From Candidatus Eiseniibacteriota bacterium (GTDB lineage: Bacteria > Eisenbacteria > RBG-16-71-46 > CAVPCR01), in assembly GCA_963823555.1 (NCBI GenBank), contig CAWGMA010000001.1, positions 864,001-928,000 on the forward strand: a stretch of 64,000 nucleotides of DNA, read 5' to 3'. A program made the translations under genes and the position numbers. Within the stretch, counting starts at the first letter, position 1; the number at the start of each line of letters is the position of its first letter. The notes below the pieces were generated by a model. The model saw nothing but the letters and a program-made list of their open reading frames with translations. It was not told the DNA's origin and ran no database searches. This document shows positions 12,817 through 21,974 of this stretch, piece by piece.

Positions 12817-14322
12817 CTACCTTTGCATCATGGCCAGGGCGCGTAGCTCCGACTCGCTGAGGCCGAGGAGCGGGTCGCCGGGCCTGGCCTTGGCTCCCGG
12901 CTCGGCCAGATCGGCTGCGCTTTCCTCGAGCTTTCGGATCACCTCCCGCGCCGCCGCCACCGTTTCCTCGTCCGCCGACTCGGGATGAGCCAGGAGATCC
13001 ACGGCATCGGCCAGAGCGAGTCCGGGCACGGGGCCGTGCTCGAGCTTGGCAAGGAGGCGGCGCTCGGCCGCGGCGGCGCCGCTGGTTTCCCCGGGATGTT
13101 CCCGCTGGTCGATCAGGTGGCGAGCCCCTGCCATCTCGACCTGCGTCATGCGCGCGGCCATGGTCTCGAGGACGAAGCGGCGGCGGGTCTCGGTTCGCGA
13201 GATCCCTTCGGCTCGAATGCGGTCGAAGAGCGGAAGGGCGGCGTTGAGTCGCAACGCGGCGGCGAGTGCCGTGAAGCTCGAATCCGCCGGGGCATCGGGA
13301 GCCCGGCCCGCCCGTCGTTCGAGATCCTGGAAGAGATGCGTGGCGGCTCGGCGCAGGTCGCTCCTGTGGTGATAGACGAGGAGGGAACCCTCCTCGACGA
13401 GCACGATCGAACCGGGATCCCAGTCCATGCCTTCGTGGGTCGGGGTGAGGGTGTTGTCATCGAGGATGACGCGACGGGCGCTGACTTCGGTGTCTCCCAG
13501 GCGCACGGCGAACGGACCTTCGTGATGCACCATCACTGCCAGCTCGAGGTCGCTCGAACCAGGGCGCCCCGGAACCGGGCGCTGGCCGAAGTAGAGCTTC
13601 TGCGCCCGCAGCGCCTCGCTCGTCAGGCCGAACCCCCTGGCGAGCTCCAGCGCGTCGGCTCCCGGTCGCATCGGCTCGACGCCGCCGGCTGCCAGCCGCT
13701 GGGCTCCGAGCAGGGAGTCCGTAGCAGCCTGAAAGCGAGTGAGTGTCGTGGCCATGGCAAGTAGCCGCTCCGCGTCGCCGGAGAGAGCGCCGAATCCCTG
13801 AGCACGGGAGAGCACGCTGCGTGCCTCACGGAACCACCCGGCACGGGCATAGGCGCGTCCGAGTCGCTCGAGGCGGCGCTTCTTCTCGCCGCTCTCGATG
13901 AGGGCGCGGGCCGCCAGATCCATCTCGTGGCTCCATGCCTGCTCGCCGAGGTCGGGGATCTCCGCGCTTCCCTGCTCGGGAATGAGCAGGGCCCGTGTGG
14001 ACCAGCGGGCCTGGGCCTCATCGTAGCGGCCGGTCTCGACAAGGGCCAGGCGCTCAGCCAGGAAGTCGCCATCGGGAGCGGTGAGAAGCGCATCCTCGGA
14101 AAGGAGAGTCGAAGGGCCGGGGGCCTTCGTGCAGGAGAAGAGACATCCTGCGAGGGCGAGGACAGCTCCGGCCCGCGCCACCCGGGAAAGGGCGCAGCGT
14201 GGACTCTGGAGCTCCCGGCCGGGGCTCAGAGCTCGTTCGTGCGTTCTATGGTGTCGCATGGTCTCCGGCATAAGGGTGTTCGGGCGCACAACCCCGGCAT
14301 CTTGACCGCGGCGGCGAGGCAA
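12817..14322 (-). CDS. Hypothetical lipoprotein with TPR-like segment (start uncertain)
   Basis: LALAGC/LFSC lipobox candidates; LGRAYARAGWFREARSVL TPR-like helix pair; fills the gap between two real genes. Confidence 0.6.
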   Translation of the reverse strand: MPRRRGQDAGVVRPNTLMPETMRHHRTHERALSPGRELQSPRCALSRVARAGAVLALAGCLFSCTKAPGPSTLLSEDALLTAPDGDFLAERLALVETGRYDEAQARWSTRALLIPEQGSAEIPDLGEQAWSHEMDLAARALIESGEKKRRLERLGRAYARAGWFREARSVLSRAQGFGALSGDAERLLAMATTLTRFQAATDSLLGAQRLAAGGVEPMRPGADALELARGFGLTSEALRAQKLYFGQRPVPGRPGSSDLELAVMVHHEGPFAVRLGDTEVSARRVILDDNTLTPTHEGMDWDPGSIVLVEEGSLLVYHHRSDLRRAATHLFQDLERRAGRAPDAPADSSFTALAAALRLNAALPLFDRIRAEGISRTETRRRFVLETMAARMTQVEMAGARHLIDQREHPGETSGAAAAERRLLAKLEHGPVPGLALADAVDLLAHPESADEETVAAAREVIRKLEESAADLAEPGAKARPGDPLLGLSESELRALAMMQR

Positions 14323-14381
14323 GGCAACCCCTCCCCGGACGCCCCCCCCGAGCCCCCGGGCTCCGCTAGAATGCTCCCGGC

Positions 14382-15575
14382 ATGCCCAAGATGAGGATCC
14401 TGGAGATCATCGATGTGCGCTGGTGGAACGCCTGCGCCTACTACGGAGTGAGTCTGGCTCAGGGACTGGCCCGAGCGGGCGACGACGTGGTCGTCGCGGC
14501 GAGCCCCGGGAGCCCGCCGGCTGCCGTGGCCGGAACCCTTGGCCTCCGCACCTGGACGGACGTACGCTTTGCCGATCCCAACCCGCTCAAGACAGCCGTC
14601 GATTTCCCGGCTCTCGTCCGTGGCATTCGTGATTTCGACATCATCGATGCCCACCGGGCTGAAGGTCATGCTCTGGGCGCGCTTGCGAGCGGGCTCGCGA
14701 ACGGGCCGCCGGTGGTGCGCACACGAGGGGACATTCGAGCCCCGCGCCGGAATCCGCTCAGCAACTTCGTGCACCGGAAGCTGACGGCCGCCGTGATCGT
14801 GCCGGGCACGTTCATGCAGCGCAGGCTGATCCTCGAAACCGGGCTGGACGCGGACAGGGTGGTGGTCATTCCGGCCGGAATCGACCTCGATCATTACTCG
14901 ATCCAAATGCCGGAAGCAATTGCTGAAGAAAGTGTTAAGGATGTTCCAGAGTGGCGCCATCCGCGCCATCGCAACGCCTTTCGGCAGTCCCTCGGCATCC
15001 CGGAGGCTGCTCCCCTGATCGGAATGGTGGCGCGGTTCTCCCCGGTCAAGGGGCATCGGGTCATGCTCGCAGCACTGGCAAGACTCGGGAGCGCCGGGCC
15101 ACGGCCCCACCTCGTCCTGGCAGGGCAAGATGCCGAGCTCAGCGCCCCGGGTCTTGCTGCTGAGGCGAGTGCCCTCGGTATCAGGGATCGCGTGCACTGG
15201 CTCGGGTATCAGGAAGATGTGCGACCCTTGCTCGCGGCGCTCGATATCGTCGCCGTTCCGTCGCTCGGGTCGGAGGCGATCTCGCGGGTGGTGCTCGAGG
15301 CCATGGCGATGTCCGTTCCGGTCATCGCCTCGAGCGTCGGTGTGATTCCCGAGCTCCTGCTGGAAGGCGAGACCGGGCTCCTTGTTCCCCCCGGTGATGC
15401 CGCCGCCCTGGCCGGGGCGCTGGGTACCCTCCTCGCGGATCCGGGGCGGGCCCGGGCGATGGGCGCGCGGGCGCGGGCCCGCGCCGAGGACGAGTACGGG
15501 CTCGAGCGCTGGGTCGAGCGCACGCGCGCTGTCTACCGGCATGTCATCGAGAGCCGAGGTGAGCGGTCAACTTGA
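14382..15575 (+). CDS. Glycosyltransferase family 4
   Basis: ARFSPVKGH, PSLGSEAISRVVLEAMA, GETGLLVPPGD. Confidence 0.93.
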   Translation: MPKMRILEIIDVRWWNACAYYGVSLAQGLARAGDDVVVAASPGSPPAAVAGTLGLRTWTDVRFADPNPLKTAVDFPALVRGIRDFDIIDAHRAEGHALGALASGLANGPPVVRTRGDIRAPRRNPLSNFVHRKLTAAVIVPGTFMQRRLILETGLDADRVVVIPAGIDLDHYSIQMPEAIAEESVKDVPEWRHPRHRNAFRQSLGIPEAAPLIGMVARFSPVKGHRVMLAALARLGSAGPRPHLVLAGQDAELSAPGLAAEASALGIRDRVHWLGYQEDVRPLLAALDIVAVPSLGSEAISRVVLEAMAMSVPVIASSVGVIPELLLEGETGLLVPPGDAAALAGALGTLLADPGRARAMGARARARAEDEYGLERWVERTRAVYRHVIESRGERST

Positions 15576-15633
15576 CATCGCAGGGCAGCCAAGTTACCGC
15601 TTGTTGTTCGAGTACTTGGCGTGATGGAGAACC

Positions 15634-16317
15634 GTGGTGAACGATAGGGACGAGATGGAGATGCGCGAGAAGCGAGAACCCGGAAGCAGCGCCGCGGCGT
15701 TCCCCGGGCGGGAGCCCGGTGCAGGGGAGCAAGCTGCCGAGGAGGAGGTGGCGTACGAGCCCTCCCCGGATCCCATGGTTGCCCTTGAGACCGATCTGGC
15801 CGAGGCGCGAGCCGAGGCCGAGCGCTGCCGAGAATCGTGGTATCGGGCCGCTGCCGATCTGGAGAACGTCCGCAAGCGCACCGCGCGCGAGCTCGAGGAG
15901 GGTGGTTACAGAGCGCGAGCCGAAGTGCTCCTCGAGGTGCTGGGTGTTCTCGACGATCTGGACCGCGCGCTTGCGGCGAGCGGCAGCGAAGAAGGGGCGG
16001 AGGCCGATGGCGATGGCAAGATGCCGGAGCCGGCGGACGCCGTTGCCCGAGGCGCGGGTACACCGGGAGAGGATCCGATCGTCACCGGGCTGCGTCTGAT
16101 CCGGGCGCGGATCGAGGATCTCCTGCGCCGCCAGGGCGTCGTCGAGATTCCGGCTGCTGGCGAGATATTCGATCCGCAGGTGCACGATGCCGTGATGCAG
16201 GTGGAATCGGCCGAGGTGCCCGGAGGGCATGTGGCCCAGGTGCTGGAGCGTGGATATCTCCTGGGAGATCGAGTTCTGCGCCCGGTGCGGGTCGTGGTCG
16301 CCATGGAGCGTTCATGA
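15634..16317 (+). CDS. grpE: Nucleotide exchange factor GrpE
   Basis: RAAADLENVRKR, FDPQVHDAV, GYLLGDRVLRPVRVVV. Confidence 0.93.
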   Translation: MVNDRDEMEMREKREPGSSAAAFPGREPGAGEQAAEEEVAYEPSPDPMVALETDLAEARAEAERCRESWYRAAADLENVRKRTARELEEGGYRARAEVLLEVLGVLDDLDRALAASGSEEGAEADGDGKMPEPADAVARGAGTPGEDPIVTGLRLIRARIEDLLRRQGVVEIPAAGEIFDPQVHDAVMQVESAEVPGGHVAQVLERGYLLGDRVLRPVRVVVAMERS

Positions 16318-17453
16318 CCCAGCGCGATTACTATGAAGTTCTCGGTGTCGCCCGCAACGCGACCGTCGATGAGGTGAAGCGCGCCTATCGCAAACAAGCG
16401 CTCGAGAATCATCCGGATCGGAACCCCGGGGACGCGGGAGCCGAGGAGCGATTCAAGGCGGCGACCGAGGCCTACGAGGTGCTCAGCAATCCCGACTCGC
16501 GCGCCCGCTACGACCGGTTCGGTCACGCCGGAGTCCGTGGCGGGGGCCAGGCCGTGGATTTCGATCTCTCTGAGGCGCTGCGCACGTTCATGCGAGACTT
16601 CGGCGCTTTTGGTGGTTTCGATTTCTTCGGTGGTGGAGGGCGCCGTGGCGACGATCGCCACGGCAGCGACCTCCAGGTACGCATGGAGCTCGAGCTCGAC
16701 GAGATCGCACAGGGAGCCAAGAAGCAGATCAAGCTCAGGAAGCTGGTTTCCTGCGAGGAATGTAGCGGGTCGGGGGCCAAGTCCGGGAGCCGGCTCGAGA
16801 ACTGCACCACATGCGGCGGGCGGGGCGAGGTCCGACAGGTCTCGCGCTCGTTCTTCGGGCAGTTCATCAACGTCTCGATCTGCCCCAATTGCGAGGGATC
16901 GGGGCAGATCATGCATGATCCTTGCCCGCGTTGTCGCGGTGAGGGGCGGGAGCCGGGAGAGGCCACGATCTCGGTCAACGTGCCCCCGGGAATCGCGGCC
17001 GGCAACTACATCCAGCTTCGTGGGCTGGGCGAAGCCGGCCGGCGCGGCGGTGAGGCGGGTGACGTGATCGTTGTGATCGAGGAGAAGGAGCATCCCCTCT
17101 TCAAGCGGCGAGGGACCGATCTCTTGCTCGAGATTCCGATCACCTACAGCCAGGCCACGCTCGGCGGCGAGGAGGAGATACCAACTCTCGATGGCTTGGT
17201 GTCGCTCGACATCCCCCGCGGCATTCAATCCGGAAAGATCCTGCGCCTCAAGGGCCGGGGACTGCCAGGTCTCCGCGGTGGTCGCCGCGGGGACATCCTG
17301 GTGCGCGTGCAGGTGTGGATTCCGGAGAAGCTGAGCGCGGAGGAAGAGAAGCTCCTGGCCAAGTTGCGCAAGGTGGAATCGAAGCCACCCGCCCCCGGCG
17401 AAAAGCGCGAGTCCAGCTGGTTCGGGCGGATACGCGATGCCTGGAGCGGATAG
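16314..17453 (+). CDS. dnaJ: Chaperone DnaJ
   Basis: RDYYEVLGV, HPD motif, four CxxCxGxG repeats; ATG 16314 overlaps grpE stop. Confidence 0.97.
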   Translation: MTQRDYYEVLGVARNATVDEVKRAYRKQALENHPDRNPGDAGAEERFKAATEAYEVLSNPDSRARYDRFGHAGVRGGGQAVDFDLSEALRTFMRDFGAFGGFDFFGGGGRRGDDRHGSDLQVRMELELDEIAQGAKKQIKLRKLVSCEECSGSGAKSGSRLENCTTCGGRGEVRQVSRSFFGQFINVSICPNCEGSGQIMHDPCPRCRGEGREPGEATISVNVPPGIAAGNYIQLRGLGEAGRRGGEAGDVIVVIEEKEHPLFKRRGTDLLLEIPITYSQATLGGEEEIPTLDGLVSLDIPRGIQSGKILRLKGRGLPGLRGGRRGDILVRVQVWIPEKLSAEEEKLLAKLRKVESKPPAPGEKRESSWFGRIRDAWSG

Positions 17454-18249
17454 GGATCTGGAAGCAGGAGACCTGGCCCATGCCCCCGGTCAGCGGAGGT
17501 ACTGGGCCGAGGAGGTCGATCGCGAGCGCGGGCGCGTCTTCCTGGACCGAGAGGAGGCCCATCACGTTCTCGGCGTGATGCGTCACCGGGCCGGCGATCG
17601 CGTGTGGGTGATCGATGGTCGCGGTGGTTTGTATCTCGTCACCATCGAGGACAGGGAGGTCGGCGGCGACCGTCTCACCGCGCGTATCTGCGAAGAGCTG
17701 TCAACTGCCACCGAACCGCCAGCACCGTGGCTCGTGCAGGCTAGAATCCGGCCCACCCGCATGGAACCGCTTCTCGATGGAGCCGTGCAGGTCGGCGTGC
17801 GCGGCGTGCTGCTGTTCGATGCCGTGCGTTCACCCGTGCACGATACGCTGAGCGCCGCTCGCCGCGAGCGGTTGTGTCGCGTCATGCGTCAGGCCACGCT
17901 ACAGTCCCTCGGTCACCACATTCCCGAGCTTCGTGGCCCCATCGCCAGCACTGAGCTACCGGGAGCCCTGGCCGGCTTTCGCATCTGGGTCGCGCACGGA
18001 CCGGTAGCGCGGGATGGGTCGGGGGGGGCGGACCCTGCCTCCTGGCCCGATCTGCCGGGTGGTGAGCGCGGGCACGCCCTGGTCATCGGCCCGGAGGGCG
18101 GCCTGACGGAGGACGAGGTGGGGGCCCTTCTGGGAGCTGGCGCCACGCTCCTCGATCTGGGGCCGAGGCGCCTGCGGGCCGAGACGGCCGCGGTCGTCGG
18201 GCTGGCCCTCCTCGGCGCTCGCCTGCGGGCGGCATCTCCCCCCGGATAG
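17437..18249 (+). CDS. rsmE: 16S rRNA m3U1498 methyltransferase (5' end uncertain)
   Basis: EAHHVLGVMR, VIGPEGG, LGPRRLRAETA. Confidence 0.9.
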   Translation: MPGADRDLEAGDLAHAPGQRRYWAEEVDRERGRVFLDREEAHHVLGVMRHRAGDRVWVIDGRGGLYLVTIEDREVGGDRLTARICEELSTATEPPAPWLVQARIRPTRMEPLLDGAVQVGVRGVLLFDAVRSPVHDTLSAARRERLCRVMRQATLQSLGHHIPELRGPIASTELPGALAGFRIWVAHGPVARDGSGGADPASWPDLPGGERGHALVIGPEGGLTEDEVGALLGAGATLLDLGPRRLRAETAAVVGLALLGARLRAASPPG

Positions 18250-18311
18250 CCGGTCACCTGGGCCGGTGCGGAGTCCCGAAGGCGGGGTGATCCAGGCTCT
18301 GGGTGGCCAGA

Positions 18312-18341
18312 TTGACTTTCGATCCAAGCGCTAGCTATAAT
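18312..18341 (+). promoter_or_regulatory. Sigma70 promoter upstream of rpsU
   Basis: TTGACT-N18-TATAAT. Confidence 0.8.
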
Positions 18342-18535
18342 CGCTGCTTGGGCTATCCGCAGCGGCGTCGGTTCGGCTTTCACCAGGTGCCACTCGGGCA
18401 AGTCCTACCATGCTGTCTTGCGGTCATCCGACCGCATCTCGTCACAGACTGCTGCCTCTCGCGCAGCAGCATCCCTTTTTGCAGACAAATCCCGTGAGCT
18501 TTTTGGCTAGTGGATCGTCGAGGAGGTCGGTCTTC

Positions 18536-18733
18536 ATGCTGGGCGTGAGGGTAAAGGACAACGAGTCGTTCGAGAGTGCGCTCCGGCGCTTCAAGAAGAA
18601 GTGCGAGAAGGCCGGTATCCTCTCGGACCTCCGCAAGCACCAGCACTTCGAAAAGCCCTCGGAGAGGAAGAAGCGCAAGGCGAATGCCGCTCGGCGTAAG
18701 GCCATGAGCCGCATGCTTCTCGACCGCGACTGA
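18536..18733 (+). CDS. rpsU: 30S ribosomal protein S21
   Basis: [33 protein letters not shown]. Confidence 0.96.
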   Translation: MLGVRVKDNESFESALRRFKKKCEKAGILSDLRKHQHFEKPSERKKRKANAARRKAMSRMLLDRD

Positions 18734-18848
18734 GTCTTCGCGCAAGCCCAAGGGGCCGGTGACAACCTCCGCGCCCCTTCCGGGATGACCAGCGGCCGGG
18801 CTCACCCTACCCCTCGGACGTGCTGAAACGGGTGGGGCGAGGCCTTCA

Positions 18849-19427
18849 TTGGCGAGGGCGTTCTTGAACCTGGCCGACCTCGTGTTTGCCGCCATCCTGC
18901 TCGGTATCGCCGGCATCGGCTTCAGCCGGGGGCTGGTCGGGATCGCCCTCTATTCCCTGGCTGTCGTTCTGAGCCTCGTCGCGGGCGTCGCCGTCACGCT
19001 GGCTTCGGCGGCGACTCCTGTTCCCGATGCTTGGCTCCTGGTCCTCGTGCCGGTGGCCTTCTTTCTCACCTTTGGTATCGTCTTGGCCTTGCTGCGCTCC
19101 CTCGCCTCGAAGGTGACTCGCCTCTGGCACAAATTGCCGATCGCGCCCGCCGACCATCTCCTGGGGGCGGTGCTCGCCGCCGTGATCGGCGTGCTCATGT
19201 TGAGCCTCGTGGTTCTGGCCATGCTCAGACTACCGTTGCCCAATGCCGCCTCGCGTGCGGTAGCGCAGGGTCGCGCGGCACCCCTCTTGCTCACCGCCGG
19301 CGCTCAGGGAATGGAGATTCTGGCCCGGCCGCTGCCGGTGCTCGCTCCGCTGGCCGAGCGACTGGCCTCGGCCCGCGATGAAGTCCTGGGCGGCGAGGCA
19401 ACCCAGCCCCGGGTCAACGAGATTTGA
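18849..19427 (+). CDS. CvpA family membrane protein
   Basis: GFSRGLV, DHLLGAVL pattern, four TM helices; directly upstream of mutS2. Confidence 0.8.
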   Translation: MARAFLNLADLVFAAILLGIAGIGFSRGLVGIALYSLAVVLSLVAGVAVTLASAATPVPDAWLLVLVPVAFFLTFGIVLALLRSLASKVTRLWHKLPIAPADHLLGAVLAAVIGVLMLSLVVLAMLRLPLPNAASRAVAQGRAAPLLLTAGAQGMEILARPLPVLAPLAERLASARDEVLGGEATQPRVNEI

Positions 19428-21862
19428 TGCCCGATACCCAGGTGTCGACGGGGATCCCGTCACACACGCTCACCGTTCTCGAGTTCGGGAAGATCCTCCC
19501 CGAGATCGCCTGCCGGGCCGATTCTGTTCTCGGCCGCGAAAACGCCGAGGGGGTGGCTCCCGCGTGCGATCTGTCCCATGCGCACGAGCTCCTGGCCGTG
19601 CTCGGGGAGTGGCTCCGGCTCGAGAGTGGGGATCCCGCACCGCCGTCTCTCGCGCTTCCAGATGTCCGCGATTCCCTCCGGCGGGCGGAGGCGTCCGGAT
19701 CAGTGCTCGACGCGCAGGAGCTCCTGGACCTGGCGCGCGTCGCTGAGGCTTCGCGGCTCACTCATGCCATGTTCGATGCGCGGGCCGCGGATGCTCCAGC
19801 TCTGGCTTCCACCCACGCCCCGCGGCTCGGGCGCTTTGTCGGCTTCGAGCAGGCGGTCGAGCGCGCCATCGATGAGCGCGCCGAAGTCCGCGATGAGGCC
19901 AGCCCCGCGCTCAAGAAGCTCCGTCGCCGTATCGAGTCGACGCGGGCCGCGATCAGCGAGCGGCTGGAGCGCTGGGCAGGTCGCATCGGCGCCGAGTCCT
20001 TCGTCACTCAGAGAGGCGGTCGTTACACGGTGGCCGTCCCGATCGAATGGCTCAATCGCGTGCGTGGCGTCGTTCACGATCGGTCCGCTTCCGGAGCCAC
20101 CGTCTTCCTCGAGCCGTTCGAGGTTGTCGAGATGGGAAACCGACTGCGAGAGGATGAGGAGGCCGAGCGAGCCGAGGTGCGCCGCATCCTGGGCGAGCTC
20201 ACCGCCCAGGCCGGGGAGATCGCGCCGGCGCTGCTCGATTCGGCGACCGTGCTCGGCGAGCTCGATCTGTTGCGAGCCAAGGCTCGACTCTGCCGAGACT
20301 GGGACTGCGTGTTGCCCGAGCTCCAGATGAGCGGCCCCATCCATCTCAGGAGCGGACGGCATCCCCTGGTCGCCCGGGCTCGGGAGGCTCGCGGAGAGGA
20401 GGTCATCCCCCTCACGCTGGATCTGGGAGACGGGCCGCGCATTCTCGTCATCACCGGCCCCAACATGGGGGGGAAGACGGTGGCATTGAAGACGCTCGGT
20501 CTCCTCACGCTCATGGCCATGGCTGGGCTGGGGGTGCCGGCGGCCGAGGGCACGGGCCTCGGGTTCTTTCCGACCATCGTCGCCGACATCGGCGATGAGC
20601 AGTCGATCGAGGAAGATCTCTCGACGTTCGCGTCACATGTGCGAAATCTCCGCGATGCGGTTGAAACCGCAGGAGCCGGAAGTCTCGTCTTGCTCGATGA
20701 GCTGGGAGCGGGAACCGACCCTGCCGAGGGGGCGGCGCTCGGCCAGGCTGTGCTCGAGGTGCTGTCGGCATCGGGGGCCATTGCCGTCGTCACCACACAT
20801 CATGGATCACTCAAGGGCATGGCCATGTCCAATCCGGCCATCTCCAATGCTTCCATGGCCTTCGAGCCCGAAACTCATACTCCGCTTTATCGACTGGTGC
20901 CCGGGGTGCCAGGACGCAGCCTGGGAATCGAGGTGGCAGAGCGGTTGGGGTTCCCGGGGCCTGTTCTCGCCCGGGCGCGCGATCTCGTGCCGGAGGGCGA
21001 GCACCACCTTGGGGAGCTCATCGCCGACGTGGAGCGGCGCCGGCAAGCCCTGGAAGAGGAACGTGGGGAGATGGTCCAGGCGCGCTCAGCCCTGGTGGGA
21101 CTTCTGGGGAAGTACCGATCGCGGCTCGAGGAAATTCGCCACGCCCGGGATCGCATCCTCTCCCACGCCGAGGAGCGCGCCGGGCAGATCCTCGCTGAAG
21201 CCGAGGACCTGGTGCGGGCCGCTCGCCGGGCGCTCCGGCTGGCAGGTTCCCGCGGCGTGGAGGCGCGTGGCTCGAGCCCGTCAGGCGAGGCGGTCGCCCC
21301 GGGTGCACCAGGACTGGGCCGGGAGATCGAGTCGCTCGCCGAGCAGTTGCGGCAGGTCCATGCGGCGCCCCGGCCCGAGCCGGATCGAGAAGGTCAAGTC
21401 CCGAGCGTGAGTGCGGGGGCGATGCTCTTCGCTCCCGAGCTGGGTTCCGTGGTCGAGGTGCTCCAGCCACCGGATGCCAGCGGGCGCGTTCTGGTGCGGC
21501 GGGGGGCGATCAAGCTCGAGATTTCCGTTGATCGGTTGCGCCCGGCGACAGCCCGGGATGTGGAAGCAGCCCGACCGGTTCCCCATAGCCCGCTGGCGCA
21601 TGTCGAAGTCGATGCCCCAAGCGGGATGGAAATCGATCTGCGTGGTCTCACCGGCGACGAGGCCGTGGCAGCCGTCGAGCGCTTTCTCGAACAGGCGACG
21701 GTGCACGGGCTGCCCATGATCCGCATCATTCATGGCAAGGGCACCGGAGTCCTGAGGGCGCGCATCCAGGATCTGTTGCGTTCGCATCCCCGGGTGGCTT
21801 CGTTCCGGCTGGGGGAGAGTGGCGAGGGCGGGGCCGGAGTGACCGTGGCCGAGATGGGGTGA
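19427..21862 (+). CDS. mutS2: Endonuclease MutS2
   Basis: ITGPNMGGKT, DIGDEQSI, LLDELGAGTDP, C-terminal Smr (IDLRG...IIHGKGTG). Confidence 0.96.
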   Translation: MPDTQVSTGIPSHTLTVLEFGKILPEIACRADSVLGRENAEGVAPACDLSHAHELLAVLGEWLRLESGDPAPPSLALPDVRDSLRRAEASGSVLDAQELLDLARVAEASRLTHAMFDARAADAPALASTHAPRLGRFVGFEQAVERAIDERAEVRDEASPALKKLRRRIESTRAAISERLERWAGRIGAESFVTQRGGRYTVAVPIEWLNRVRGVVHDRSASGATVFLEPFEVVEMGNRLREDEEAERAEVRRILGELTAQAGEIAPALLDSATVLGELDLLRAKARLCRDWDCVLPELQMSGPIHLRSGRHPLVARAREARGEEVIPLTLDLGDGPRILVITGPNMGGKTVALKTLGLLTLMAMAGLGVPAAEGTGLGFFPTIVADIGDEQSIEEDLSTFASHVRNLRDAVETAGAGSLVLLDELGAGTDPAEGAALGQAVLEVLSASGAIAVVTTHHGSLKGMAMSNPAISNASMAFEPETHTPLYRLVPGVPGRSLGIEVAERLGFPGPVLARARDLVPEGEHHLGELIADVERRRQALEEERGEMVQARSALVGLLGKYRSRLEEIRHARDRILSHAEERAGQILAEAEDLVRAARRALRLAGSRGVEARGSSPSGEAVAPGAPGLGREIESLAEQLRQVHAAPRPEPDREGQVPSVSAGAMLFAPELGSVVEVLQPPDASGRVLVRRGAIKLEISVDRLRPATARDVEAARPVPHSPLAHVEVDAPSGMEIDLRGLTGDEAVAAVERFLEQATVHGLPMIRIIHGKGTGVLRARIQDLLRSHPRVASFRLGESGEGGAGVTVAEMG

Positions 21863-21974
21863 AGACGTCGCGAGTGCCGGCCTGGATACGGCGCCCGAGG
21901 CGAGCTGGACCTCACGGTGGATATGCCGGGTTCAGTAGCGAGGAGCAGGGGTAGGGTAGCGAGAACACGAGAGC

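Noticed and set aside
15837..16313. N-terminal extension of DnaJ (538-aa ORF)
   Set aside because: Overlaps grpE in another frame; the J-domain starts at ATG 16314
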